Notes: generated by a model from the letters alone, not told the origin. Numbered from the stretch's first letter, positions 27,854-37,762 are shown. The stretch: DNA of 64,000 nucleotides from Candidatus Latescibacterota bacterium (GCA_965116875.1 OZ220733.1:160001-224000), one strand, 5' to 3'. Numbers and translations are program-made.

Positions 27854-30067
27854 TTACGGAACGATTCTGAATGAAATCTCCTTCGAAACCTGCTCATCCG
27901 CCATCAGGTCCGATACGGCCACCCTGACCAGCTGCCTGCCTTCCTGCGTTCCGGTCAGATCCAGCTCCACGTACGCCACTTCATCCGGCCGGTTTCCGGC
28001 CTGGTCGTATGCGATCACAATCTCCTGGTCCTTTTCGGACAGCCTGAATACCCGTCCCAGACCGTGCAGGATCTTCGCGGGCAGCGCCCGGTCCCGATGC
28101 GACCGCAACGTGTATTCCACACGATAGCGCGTCTGACCGAAGGCATCCTGTTTCAGATTGTAGATTTCAAAATAGACAAACGCGTTCTGGTGGCTCCGGA
28201 ACGCCAGCGACGACATCGGGATCACCTTGAGGCCGTTCTTTATGTAATCTCCGGCCGTTTCTTCCGTCGGCTCCGTCGCGAAGGCGAGTTCGATATCGCT
28301 GATCAGCAGCCCGGTAGGCTTGTGATAGTCCTCCAGGACAACCGCCTGCTGATAGACCTGGGACTTTCCGGAAACCACGTCCCGTACCTGGAGGGCCATC
28401 TGGTACGTGCCGGGAGGAAGATTCACGGGCATTACGCCAGGAATGAACGCGCCGTCGGAAACCTCCTGGTCCGTGGGGGCCGTGAAGGCCATCTGATCCA
28501 CCTCACGATAGACTTCGTTCCACAGGCTGTCGAACAACGCAACGCCCCGGTCCAGCAGAATGAGACCCGCTTTCTCATCCACGTTCAATCGTACCACCTC
28601 GGATGCAGGCAACCCGTAGTAGATCTCCAGTCGCGTCCTGGATTCCTGCCCCTTGAAATCCGCCGGATAGTAGTAAAAGTCGATGGGCAGATCGGCGAAG
28701 TCGGGCGAATAGCGTGAGGGCCGACTCGCCACGACATTCTGCATGATCACACCACCCTGATAATCGGCCAGGTGGACGCCGACGTGCGGTGCAACCGTGA
28801 GCGGAAACGGCGCGAAGTCGTACCGCCGGCCTTTGAAGACTTCGGTGAACGTGATCTCGATACCGCCGTCTACCTGTGTGTAGATCCAGTATTCCCACCT
28901 CGCGTTCGCGGCAACCGGAAAGATCGGAAGCCCCGGTGAAATGGCCAGCGCGATCCGGGAACGGTTCACGAAATTTACTCGCGTTTCCTGTAGTTCCCGG
29001 TCCCGTTCGGCCTGAACGTCGTCCCATCTGCTGATATGGTCCGGATTTCCCAGCCGGATGAATACCTCGCCACGTTTGTCCCAGCCGCCGTCCGGCCGGG
29101 TATAATATTCGAGCGCGTATGCCACACGCCGATAGTGCTCCAGCAACCGTTCGTTTTCGGGCGTGAGGGGTGTGGGGTCGCGCCGGTTCCAGAACCGCGC
29201 GGCAAGCGCATCTTTTTCCGCCGGCAACGCCGCTTCGTAGCGCGCCAGGTCGTCGTCGTCCGCCACGAGGGATATGTCGCGATACCTGCGTTGTTCGGCT
29301 TTCGGAAGTAAGGAGAAATAGACCCCGAACAGTTCGTTCGCACGCTCGAAGTCCCGATTCATCAGGGCAATAACGGCAAGATCGCGATGGGCCGGAATAC
29401 GGGCGTCGCCGCCGGCCGTCAGCAACCCAGAGAGCATGTTGACCGCTTCCCCGGTCCTCCCCAGAGAGAGCCACAGCCGTGCCAGCCGGATTCCTGCGCG
29501 GGGGTGTGCCGGATTCGCCTCCATCTCCTGCCGGTATGCTGAAATCGCCTCGTGCAGCTTTCCGTCGTCCTCCAGCAGCAGTCCAATCCGGAAATGCGCG
29601 TCCGGGTAACCGGCGTCGATCTCAATCACTCTCTCGAATGCTTCCCGCGCCCGTCGCTTCCGCGTTTCCAGGTAGACGCACGCCAGATGGTACTGCGCCT
29701 CGGCCATGTCCGGGTCTGCTCTCAGGGCTCGTTTGAAATTCGATTCGGCCTGCCTGTACCCCTTCTCTGAAGCCATGTAGGCCAGTCCCAACCCGTTGTA
29801 CCCCGCCGCCTTTGCGCCCTTCTTCACCGCCTTCCTGAACGCCTTTCTGGCTGCCTTCTGATTGCCGGCATCCAGATACGCATGTCCGAGAAGAACAAAA
29901 TCCCTCGCCGTCTCCTTTCCCGCAGCGATCACACGCTTCAGCGCGGCAACGGCGCGTTCCGACCGACCACCCTCGACGTCCTCCTGCGCCACAACCCGGA
30001 GTGAATCAGCCGGCGTCGCCGGTACGGGCGCAACGATCGTGAGGGACAGGGCGATTATCCAAGTCAT
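27854..30067 (-). CDS. Secreted TPR + GWxTD-domain protein
   Basis: Signal peptide; TPRs; FWNRRDPTPLTPENE..EHYRRVAYA..GWDKRGEVFIRLGNPD. Confidence 0.85.
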   Translation of the reverse strand: MTWIIALSLTIVAPVPATPADSLRVVAQEDVEGGRSERAVAALKRVIAAGKETARDFVLLGHAYLDAGNQKAARKAFRKAVKKGAKAAGYNGLGLAYMASEKGYRQAESNFKRALRADPDMAEAQYHLACVYLETRKRRAREAFERVIEIDAGYPDAHFRIGLLLEDDGKLHEAISAYRQEMEANPAHPRAGIRLARLWLSLGRTGEAVNMLSGLLTAGGDARIPAHRDLAVIALMNRDFERANELFGVYFSLLPKAEQRRYRDISLVADDDDLARYEAALPAEKDALAARFWNRRDPTPLTPENERLLEHYRRVAYALEYYTRPDGGWDKRGEVFIRLGNPDHISRWDDVQAERDRELQETRVNFVNRSRIALAISPGLPIFPVAANARWEYWIYTQVDGGIEITFTEVFKGRRYDFAPFPLTVAPHVGVHLADYQGGVIMQNVVASRPSRYSPDFADLPIDFYYYPADFKGQESRTRLEIYYGLPASEVVRLNVDEKAGLILLDRGVALFDSLWNEVYREVDQMAFTAPTDQEVSDGAFIPGVMPVNLPPGTYQMALQVRDVVSGKSQVYQQAVVLEDYHKPTGLLISDIELAFATEPTEETAGDYIKNGLKVIPMSSLAFRSHQNAFVYFEIYNLKQDAFGQTRYRVEYTLRSHRDRALPAKILHGLGRVFRLSEKDQEIVIAYDQAGNRPDEVAYVELDLTGTQEGRQLVRVAVSDLMADEQVSKEISFRIVP

Positions 30068-30257
30068 GGCCAAACCTTCCTCAATGGGTCACTGAGAAAA
30101 TCTATCGAATATACTTTGCCCGCGCAAAGGAATTCTATGCGTGACGGACGGACCGGGAGCCTGTTCGCAAACCCGGAAAATCAGCGCGCTTCGGCATTGA
30201 CAACGCGCCAGTGCAGGTTTATCTTTGCGACCAGTCCAATCCCCGGAAGGATCCTCT

Positions 30258-31172
30258 ATGAACGTCCGAAAAGTCGTCATTCCGGTTGCCGGGCTCGGCA
30301 CCCGCCTATTGCCCACGACAAGAGCCCTGCCAAAAGAGATGCTGCCCGTTGGGAGATACCCCGCAATACAGCACGTCGTCGAGGAAATGGCCGCCACGAA
30401 TCTGACGAAATGTCTCTTCATAACCTCCCACAGCAAAACCATGATTGAAGACCAGTTCGACAACAACGTCGATCTCGCCTCCCAGTCCGATCCAAACCAC
30501 GGCGCCAATGACACGGGTCCACTCGACTACAGTCTGCGCGGCATCGAGTTCTTTTATACCCGTCAGCAGGCGTTGACCCCGGCGAACAGACTCCGGGGCA
30601 CGGGCGCCGCAATACTCGCTGCCGAGAGTTTCGTGGACAAGGAGCACTTTGCGGTTGCCTACGGCGATACGATCATCAACACCAGGCATACGCCGAACTT
30701 CCTGGCACGCATGATCGAATCTCATTTCGAACACGGGTCCGCGTGTACCGTGGGCGTCCGACCTGTCACGTCGGATATGGTTGGACGCTACGGAATCGTC
30801 AAGCCGGACCCGGAAGACGATCTCAACGCAGACAGCTTCGCCATCCACGATCTGGTGGAAAAACCCGGCGCGGAAGAAGCGCCCAGCCTTATGGCCGTGA
30901 GCGCCCGCTATGTGTTCAGTCCTCACATCTTCGACGAAATCCGCGCGCTTACGCAGGCCGCGGGCGAGGAAGTCGGCGTCACGGAGGCCATTCGAGCCCT
31001 GATTCGGCGAGGGAAACCGGTCAGATGCGTGCGGCTGTTACCCGACGAAACAAGATACGATATCGGAAGCCACGCGAGTTACTATCGCGCGTTTATCGAC
31101 TTTGCCCTTCAGGATCCGGAATGCGGAGACAGGATTCGGGAGTACCTCGAAGCCTGTTTAACAGCCCGTTGA
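30258..31172 (+). CDS. galU: UTP--glucose-1-phosphate uridylyltransferase-like nucleotidyltransferase
   Basis: VIPVAGLGTRLLPTTRALPKEMLPV, VEKP, RYDIGS. Confidence 0.8.
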   Translation: MNVRKVVIPVAGLGTRLLPTTRALPKEMLPVGRYPAIQHVVEEMAATNLTKCLFITSHSKTMIEDQFDNNVDLASQSDPNHGANDTGPLDYSLRGIEFFYTRQQALTPANRLRGTGAAILAAESFVDKEHFAVAYGDTIINTRHTPNFLARMIESHFEHGSACTVGVRPVTSDMVGRYGIVKPDPEDDLNADSFAIHDLVEKPGAEEAPSLMAVSARYVFSPHIFDEIRALTQAAGEEVGVTEAIRALIRRGKPVRCVRLLPDETRYDIGSHASYYRAFIDFALQDPECGDRIREYLEACLTAR

Positions 31173-31321
31173 AAAAGCCCATCCGGGCTGCGGCCGGCCC
31201 TTGCGGTCGAAACCTGCGTTGCGCTCCCTCGCCGAATCGCAGGATGGGACTCGGTCGCGCGCCTTGTCTTCGGCCACAATGGCTCGGCCTCGCCTGCAGA
31301 GCGACTTTTCCAACGGACTGT
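31161..31321 (+). mobile_element. ~161-bp MITE with terminal inverted repeats and TA flanks
   Basis: acagcccgttgaaaaag ... cttttccaacggactgt; similar inverted copy at 44874-45035. Confidence 0.8.
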
Positions 31322-31384
31322 TAGAGCGCGTGGCAAAGAACTCCTGATCCGGCGGCAGATGGGCAGGCATTCTCACTGACATAC

Positions 31385-31420
31385 AAAAAAGCCCTTCGGA
31401 ACTCCAATATCCGAAGGGTT
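31385..31420 (-). terminator. Rho-independent terminator
   Basis: Minus strand cccttcgga..tccgaaggg hairpin followed by CTTTTTT. Confidence 0.75.
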
Positions 31421-31564
31421 CAACCAAATGCAATTGGGGATGAATCCGCCGACCTGAAAGGTGTTTCGCGCCTGCCGGGTGATCAGCCAGTCAATCCTGC
31501 ATCGATGGCTGCATGGTTTTCGACGGCTCCCGCCCCGCTACCTTGCCGGACCCGGCATACCCGT

Positions 31565-32020
31565 TCAACGCCCTTTGTCATCGCCGGTCACGAATTTCTC
31601 GCCGTCGAATATCAATTTTCCCTTTTCATAGATGCAACCGGTCTCCTCCACCAACTCGTATTTCATCAACTGCCCGTGTGACATGTGGTTGAAGACCTCT
31701 TTCGGGTCCTTGTATTTTTCAATGAGCTTTGCGATTGGACCCTCGAACCGGATGGCCCTTCGAACGGGCCGTTCTTTTTCACGGCGTTCGCGCTCCTCCT
31801 TCGTGAGGATGGGCAGGCGTTCGGCCGCGGGACCCAGCCGGCTGGCATATTCCTGACGCTGGCGAAACCGGTCGTGCCTCTTTTCAAGTTCCGACTTTTC
31901 CCCCACATTGTCGAAATATTCCGAAACCTCCTCCGCCCTTTTTCTGAATCGCTCCTGTTCCTGGTCCTTCAATTCATCCTCTCCCATCTTCCGCATGATT
32001 TCCTTAACGGACTTGCTCAT
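31565..32020 (-). CDS. Hypothetical highly charged protein
   Basis: 151-aa ORF with GGAGG RBS and downstream terminator; no recognised motif. Confidence 0.7.
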   Translation of the reverse strand: MSKSVKEIMRKMGEDELKDQEQERFRKRAEEVSEYFDNVGEKSELEKRHDRFRQRQEYASRLGPAAERLPILTKEERERREKERPVRRAIRFEGPIAKLIEKYKDPKEVFNHMSHGQLMKYELVEETGCIYEKGKLIFDGEKFVTGDDKGR

Positions 32021-32366
32021 TCACTCGCCTCCAGATTATTGGAACGCCGGATCAATTGATTTCATCAGGTGCAGGGCGACAGTATGTTGCGATGCAGATC
32101 CACGGCGAAAAACATACATCGCCACCCGGCTTTTGTCAACGGCTATTTTCAACTGGTTGCGCCGCCGCAATCCCGATAACCGTTGACTCACACAGCCCTC
32201 CGGCATAGTTTGTCGTCACGCGAAGAACCGGCCCTACCAAGCCTGGGCCACGCCCTGGATTCGCAAGTGGCGATCTCCGGCGCCCGGTCTTCCACCGCCT
32301 GTATCATCCCGTTGGAAGCGTCCATCGGATCGACCCTGTCAACGGACTGTCAACGAGGACCCCGGA

Positions 32367-33173
32367 ATGTCCGAACTCGATCGACTCGTCAAGCTCATGG
32401 CACGGCTGCGCGGCCCTGACGGCTGTCCCTGGGACCGCGAGCAGACCCACCAGAGCCTGAAACCCTATCTGATTGAGGAAGCCTACGAAGCCCTGGATGC
32501 CATCGACAGGGACGACGACGATGGTTTGCGGGACGAACTGGGCGACGTGCTCCTTCAGATCGTCTTTCACGCACAACTTGCCCGGGAAGAATGCAGGTTC
32601 ACGCTCGAAGACGTGGCAGCGTCCACGTCCGAAAAGCTCATCCGCAGGCATCCGCATGTATTCGGGGACGCCTCCGCGAACACCCCCGGACAGGTCGTCG
32701 AAACCTGGGAAGCCGTCAAATCGCGGGAAAAACGGGAAAGGGGCCTGAGTCCATCCATCCTCGACGGCATACCCCGGCAACTTCCCGCGCTGCTCAGGGC
32801 ACGGCGCGTTCAGGAACGGGCGGCCCGTTCCGGATTCGACTGGACGGATACGGAAGAGGTTGTGAACAAAGTGCGGGAAGAAGTGGACGAGTTTCTCGAG
32901 GCGTGGCGGGACGCGGACGAAAAGGGCATGGAAGAAGAACTTGGGGATCTCCTGTTCTCCTTGGTAAACCTCGCGAGGTTTCTGCGGGTCTGCCCGGAAG
33001 AAGCGCTGCGGAAGACGGTTGGAAAATTCGAGAACCGCTTCAGCTTTATAGAACAGGAACTTGAAAAGCAGGGAAAGAGCCCGCAGAGTGCCAGTCTGGA
33101 AGAAATGGACCGGCTGTGGGAGGTTTCCAAGAAAAACCAATCGAAGAATGAGATCGCCGATCGCGACTCATGA
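32367..33173 (+). CDS. mazG: Nucleoside triphosphate pyrophosphohydrolase
   Basis: GCPWDREQTH, EEAYE, DELGDVLLQIVFHA, RRHPHVF. Confidence 0.95.
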   Translation: MSELDRLVKLMARLRGPDGCPWDREQTHQSLKPYLIEEAYEALDAIDRDDDDGLRDELGDVLLQIVFHAQLAREECRFTLEDVAASTSEKLIRRHPHVFGDASANTPGQVVETWEAVKSREKRERGLSPSILDGIPRQLPALLRARRVQERAARSGFDWTDTEEVVNKVREEVDEFLEAWRDADEKGMEEELGDLLFSLVNLARFLRVCPEEALRKTVGKFENRFSFIEQELEKQGKSPQSASLEEMDRLWEVSKKNQSKNEIADRDS

Positions 33174-33197
33174 CAGTCCGTTGAATGAAACCCGAAC

Positions 33198-34199
33198 TCA
33201 CCGCCCTGCCACGCGTTCATACACCTGTACAGCCGCCATCAGGTCCTGGATCGCCATTCCGGTGAAATAGGCGATCGCGCCCCGGCCGCGCCGGTCTTCC
33301 AGGCGGCCCAGCGCCGCGTCTCCAATGGTCAGCACGCGCCCCTCACGGTCTGTCGCGAACCGGTCCCCGCCCAGACCGGCCAACAGGAAATCCCCGGACT
33401 TCAGAACCTGTTCGGGATGGTCTGCGACCACCTCCCGGCTGTTCAACAGCCCGGGGTTGAGTTGAGCCGTCCTCGGGTCGCCCGCGATGACGGACAGGTG
33501 CATCGTGTCGCCCACGTCCCGCCTTCCAAGGATCGGGCGGGGCGTGGGAACCGCCGTCAGCACGGCATCGGCGCCCTCCAGGCAGTCGCCAATGGCGTTC
33601 GTACTCCGTATACGGGCGTTCACCTTCGGTTGCACGTACGCGGCGAACGCCTCGACGTTGGCCGCGCTGCGGCTGGTCGCCCTGATTTCCCGCGGACCGA
33701 GGGCAGCGTCGGCGCACAGGGCAAGCGCGCGTGATATGCGACCTGTCCCCACAATCGCCAGCGCCTCCGTACTGCCGGCAAGATAGCGGACACCGAGGGC
33801 GCCCGCGGCGCCCGTCCGCATATTGGTGAGATATTCCGCATCCAGTTCGGCGCTCCGGCCCGTGGCGACGTCCTCCAGTTCGATCACCGCGGTGCGCTCC
33901 GAAAGCCGCCCGGACGAGACATCCGACCGCTCCACGATCACCTTCCTCGCACGGTAACGCCCGGGCCACTCGGCCGGCATCTCCAGGCGAAACAGGTCCG
34001 CGCCTCCCGTCCTTCGCACCTCTTCACGTCGCGGCGGATTCAGCGCCTCACCCGACCCATAGAGGCGAAACGCCCGGTCACAGCTTTCGACAACTTCCCC
34101 CGGGGACAGGTTTTCCGCGATTTCGGTATCCGAGATCCTTAATGTTTCTTCCACTCGTCCACCCTCCATTGCATCTTCCCCGAAACGGATTCCACTCAA
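33198..34199 (-). CDS. Ornithine cyclodeaminase / mu-crystallin family protein
   Basis: LTNMRTGAAGALG, IVGTG, TGMAIQDL; start uncertain. Confidence 0.8.
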   Translation of the reverse strand: MSGIRFGEDAMEGGRVEETLRISDTEIAENLSPGEVVESCDRAFRLYGSGEALNPPRREEVRRTGGADLFRLEMPAEWPGRYRARKVIVERSDVSSGRLSERTAVIELEDVATGRSAELDAEYLTNMRTGAAGALGVRYLAGSTEALAIVGTGRISRALALCADAALGPREIRATSRSAANVEAFAAYVQPKVNARIRSTNAIGDCLEGADAVLTAVPTPRPILGRRDVGDTMHLSVIAGDPRTAQLNPGLLNSREVVADHPEQVLKSGDFLLAGLGGDRFATDREGRVLTIGDAALGRLEDRRGRGAIAYFTGMAIQDLMAAVQVYERVAGR

Positions 34200-34369
34200 G
34201 CGAACTTACGCGACTGCTGGCAAAATGGAAAGCGAAATATGTGAGGAGCCCGCGAGGTTCCGACCCGTTTCAGGCGCGGAAATTCGACTTGACGGGCCCT
34301 GCCTCCGGAACAATATTGGAAGTCCGTTTCAAGAAATTCCGGCCCCAGATACCCAAAACGAGGCGCTTC

Positions 34370-35536
34370 ATGAGGATTACGGACGTTGAGACGTTTATTG
34401 CGGGCAACCCGTGGAAGAACTGGCTGTTCACACGCGTGCATACCGACGAGGGGGTATACGGCGTTGGCGAAGGCACGGTCAATTTCATGGCCAGGACCGT
34501 TGAGTCGGCGATCCACGAACTCAGGCCGCAGTGGGAAGGCCAGGACCCGTTCCAGCCCGAACGCATCGTCCAGCGGATGTACCGCGACGTGTACACGGAC
34601 GGCGGTCAGATTCACAAGCACGCGGTTGCGGCAATCGAAGTCGCGTGCTGGGACATCATGGGCAAGTGCCTGAACAAGCCCGTCTACCAGCTTCTGGGCG
34701 GCGAAATGCGCGACAGGATCCGCGCCTATGCGAACGGCTGGTATCGCGGTCCGCGGACGCCGGAGAACTTTCACGAGAAAGCGCTTGATGTCGTCCGCCG
34801 CGGGTACACGGCGCTTAAATTCGATCCTTTCGGTTCCGCCTACCAGATTACGGACCTGGATGACGAGGCGCTGGCCGTCGACATCATCGCGGCGGTCCGC
34901 GACGCCGTGGGACCGGGCGTGGACGTTCTCGTGGAGGGCCACTGCCGGTTCAACACGTCCACCGCCCTCAAATTCGCCCGCAAAATGGAATCCAGCAACC
35001 CAACCTGGTTCGAGGAACCGACACCTCACCACAAAATCGATGCCCTCGTCAGGGTCGCGAGAGAGTCGCCGGTTCCCATCGCCACGGGGGAAAGCCTCCA
35101 CACGAAATACCAGTTTGCGGAACTGCTGAAGCACGACGTCGTACATATCCTTCAGCCGGAGCCGCTGGCATGCGGCGGAATCTGGTCAACCCGGATGATC
35201 TGCGATATGGTCGACGCGCACTACGGCGTGGTCGCGCCGCACGACGCGCAGGGCCCCGTCTGCACCGCCATCTGTCTGCAGCTCGCGGCGTGTACTCCCA
35301 ACCACTTCATTCAGGAAACCTTCGACGAATTCAACGTGGCGTGGGAACGGGACCTGGTAACCGGCGAAAAGTATGAGGTCGTCGACGGGTACTTCAGCCT
35401 GCCCGCCGCACCCGGACTGGGCATCGACCTCAACGTGGAGGAGATTCGCAAACACCCCTATTCGGTGAACAACCACCTGCCGCTGTTCAGGGACGGTTGG
35501 GAACGCCGCGTTTCCCAGGAGGAGGTGATGTCATGA
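34370..35536 (+). CDS. Mandelate racemase / galactonate dehydratase-like enolase superfamily enzyme
   Basis: ACWDIMGK, YANGW, KFDPF, EGHCR, WFEEP, ATGE, APGLGIDL. Confidence 0.9.
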   Translation: MRITDVETFIAGNPWKNWLFTRVHTDEGVYGVGEGTVNFMARTVESAIHELRPQWEGQDPFQPERIVQRMYRDVYTDGGQIHKHAVAAIEVACWDIMGKCLNKPVYQLLGGEMRDRIRAYANGWYRGPRTPENFHEKALDVVRRGYTALKFDPFGSAYQITDLDDEALAVDIIAAVRDAVGPGVDVLVEGHCRFNTSTALKFARKMESSNPTWFEEPTPHHKIDALVRVARESPVPIATGESLHTKYQFAELLKHDVVHILQPEPLACGGIWSTRMICDMVDAHYGVVAPHDAQGPVCTAICLQLAACTPNHFIQETFDEFNVAWERDLVTGEKYEVVDGYFSLPAAPGLGIDLNVEEIRKHPYSVNNHLPLFRDGWERRVSQEEVMS

Positions 35537-36903
35537 ACGTCGTCTTCATTGTACTCGACAGCTTCCGACAGGATCACGTGAGCCTGTACCACCGGGGCGT
35601 ATCCGCCTTTCCAGGTATCGACCCGTGCAGGACGCCCAACATAGACGCATTCGCCGGGGAGGCGGTGGTCTTTGACAACGCCTATCCGGAAGCCTTGCCG
35701 ACGATCCCGATCCGATGCCAGCTGATGACCGGACAGCGTACGCTGCACAGCCGCGGATGGCAACCCCTGACCGCGGAAGACGTACACATCGCCCAGATCC
35801 TCTCCGAAGAGGGATACGTCTGCGGACTCGTCACCGATACCTACCACTATCGCGCACCCGGAATGAACTACCACCGAAATTTCGCTTCTTACGACTGGAT
35901 CCGAGGCCAGGAATACGATCCCTGGATCAGTGCGCCAACCCGGCGCAACCTGGATGACTACGTCAACGGAAATTTCCCGGAGACCTGGGGCCGGCGCATC
36001 TCACAGTTCCTGGCCAACACCGACGGCTTCCACACGAAGGAGGACGAATTCGCGTGGAAGGTGGTCGACAGCGCCATCAACTGGCTGGAATCGAACCGGG
36101 CGCACGAAAACGTGATGCTCTGGGTGGATTCGTTCGACCCTCACGAACCGTGGGATCCCGTTCCGGAATTCGACAGCTACACCGATCCCGGGTACCGGGG
36201 GCCACGCCTCATCATGCCAATGGGCGGACCGTCGGAAGACTGGGCCTCATTGGACGAGGTCTCCCATATCCAGGGTCTCTACGCGGGCGAATGCGCCTTT
36301 GTGGACCACTGCCTGGGGCGGCTGTTCGAAGCCCTCAGAAACCTGGGATATTACGACGACAGCGTCATCTTTCTGCTGGCCGACCACGGGCATCCCCTGA
36401 ATGACCACGGGAAATTTCTGAAGGGCGCGGACCGGATGTACAACGAATTGCTCAGGGTACCGTTCATGGTCAGACTGCCGGGAGGGAAACACGGGGGTCG
36501 TCGGACGTCGGCGATCGTACAGTACCAGGACGTGCTGCCCACCCTCCTCGACGCGCTCGGTCTGGACGGCAGCGCCGACGCCATGGCGGGACGGAGTTTC
36601 ATGTCCGTTCTCAAGGGCGATGCGGACGAACACCGGCGGACGATGATCACCGGTTATCACGGCGGAATCGACCGCTGCACCCGCGACAGGACCTGGAGCT
36701 ATATCCAGCGCCCCGCGGGCGAACCCGACGAACTGTACCATCTTGCGGACGACCCGAAGGAAGAAGACAACCTGATCGACGATCACCCGGACGAGGCCCT
36801 GCGCCTGGCCGGCGCGTTCGGCAAGGTGTTCAAGCGCCGATCTTCGAATACCGTAAAAGGCGTCCAGGGAGAATACGAAATGGCCTCGTCGAGCATCGAC
36901 TGA
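35533..36903 (+). CDS. Sulfatase-like hydrolase (Thr at the formylglycine position)
   Basis: LDSFRQDH, PTIPIR, FDPHEPWD, ADHGH, ELYHLADDPKE; ATGA overlap with the upstream gene. Confidence 0.88.
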   Translation: MNVVFIVLDSFRQDHVSLYHRGVSAFPGIDPCRTPNIDAFAGEAVVFDNAYPEALPTIPIRCQLMTGQRTLHSRGWQPLTAEDVHIAQILSEEGYVCGLVTDTYHYRAPGMNYHRNFASYDWIRGQEYDPWISAPTRRNLDDYVNGNFPETWGRRISQFLANTDGFHTKEDEFAWKVVDSAINWLESNRAHENVMLWVDSFDPHEPWDPVPEFDSYTDPGYRGPRLIMPMGGPSEDWASLDEVSHIQGLYAGECAFVDHCLGRLFEALRNLGYYDDSVIFLLADHGHPLNDHGKFLKGADRMYNELLRVPFMVRLPGGKHGGRRTSAIVQYQDVLPTLLDALGLDGSADAMAGRSFMSVLKGDADEHRRTMITGYHGGIDRCTRDRTWSYIQRPAGEPDELYHLADDPKEEDNLIDDHPDEALRLAGAFGKVFKRRSSNTVKGVQGEYEMASSSID

Positions 36904-36955
36904 ACCGGCGCCATTGAATTCCGCCGCGAACAACCCACCCAAAGAAGGAGACCCC

Positions 36956-37696
36956 GTGGAAAATCCCGTCAAAGCGAAACTCCTCAGGGGCGAACTGTCC
37001 CTGGGCGGCTGGCTGAACCTGGGTTCCCCACTCGCCGCAGAGGTCATGGCGGCCGCCGGATACGAGTGGCTGGCGATAGACGCGGAGCACTCGCCGTTCG
37101 ACATCCCCCTGATCGCGGACACGTTCCGCGCGATCGAGGCGCGGGGCGCCGTGCCCTTCGTCCGCGCGTGGGACCACGATCCGGTATCGCTGGCGCGCAT
37201 CCTGGACGCCGGCGCCTACGGCATCATCGTGCCGCACGTAAGCACGCCCCGGCAGGCCGAAGCCCTGGTGCAGGCCATGCGCTATCCCCCCGAAGGGGCC
37301 AGGTCCGCCGGCACGGGTCGTGTCGCCGTGTACGGCGACGCGTATCGCGGGAGCGCCAACGACGCGGTGATGATCGTACCCCAGATCGAAGACATGGAGG
37401 GGATCAACAACACGGAAGCCATCATGTCCGTCGAGGGAATCGACGTCGGATTCCTGGGGCCCGGCGACCTGGCCCTGTCAATGGGTGTGAACCGGGGGCA
37501 TCCGGACCACGAAGACGCCATACAGACGTTCGTATCGGGATGTAAGAGAGCCGGCAAGCCATACGGAATGCCGGAACGCGACCTGGAGATCGTCCGGAAA
37601 CGCATTCGCGAGGGATTCACGTTCATGGACGTCGCCAGCGATCTGCGCGCCCTGGAAGCAGCCGTACAGGGTGCGTTGGCCGATGTAAGGGTCTGA
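36956..37696 (+). CDS. HpcH/HpaI aldolase family protein
   Basis: IDAEHS, ILDAGAYGIIVPHV, RYPPEGARS, QIE, GPGDL. Confidence 0.9.
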   Translation: MENPVKAKLLRGELSLGGWLNLGSPLAAEVMAAAGYEWLAIDAEHSPFDIPLIADTFRAIEARGAVPFVRAWDHDPVSLARILDAGAYGIIVPHVSTPRQAEALVQAMRYPPEGARSAGTGRVAVYGDAYRGSANDAVMIVPQIEDMEGINNTEAIMSVEGIDVGFLGPGDLALSMGVNRGHPDHEDAIQTFVSGCKRAGKPYGMPERDLEIVRKRIREGFTFMDVASDLRALEAAVQGALADVRV

Positions 37697-37707
37697 CGCG
37701 GCAGGCA

Positions 37708-37731
37708 GGCGACCAAAGGGGTCGCCCCTAC
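37708..37731. repeat. GTAG-type REP (hairpin ending CCCCTAC); relatives at 58856-58887, 58941-58967, 62296-62320 and 63941-63965
   Basis: Shared GGGCGCCC-ACAA-GGG(A)CGCCCCTAC-like consensus, all intergenic. Confidence 0.65.
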
Positions 37732-37762
37732 AAATGCAACGTCGCCACGGAAGCACGATCGA

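Noticed and set aside
31433-31560. SRP RNA, glycine or c-di-AMP riboswitch, or 6S RNA call
   Set aside because: Only short partial resemblances and the wrong context (no downstream regulated gene); kept only as an unassigned candidate.
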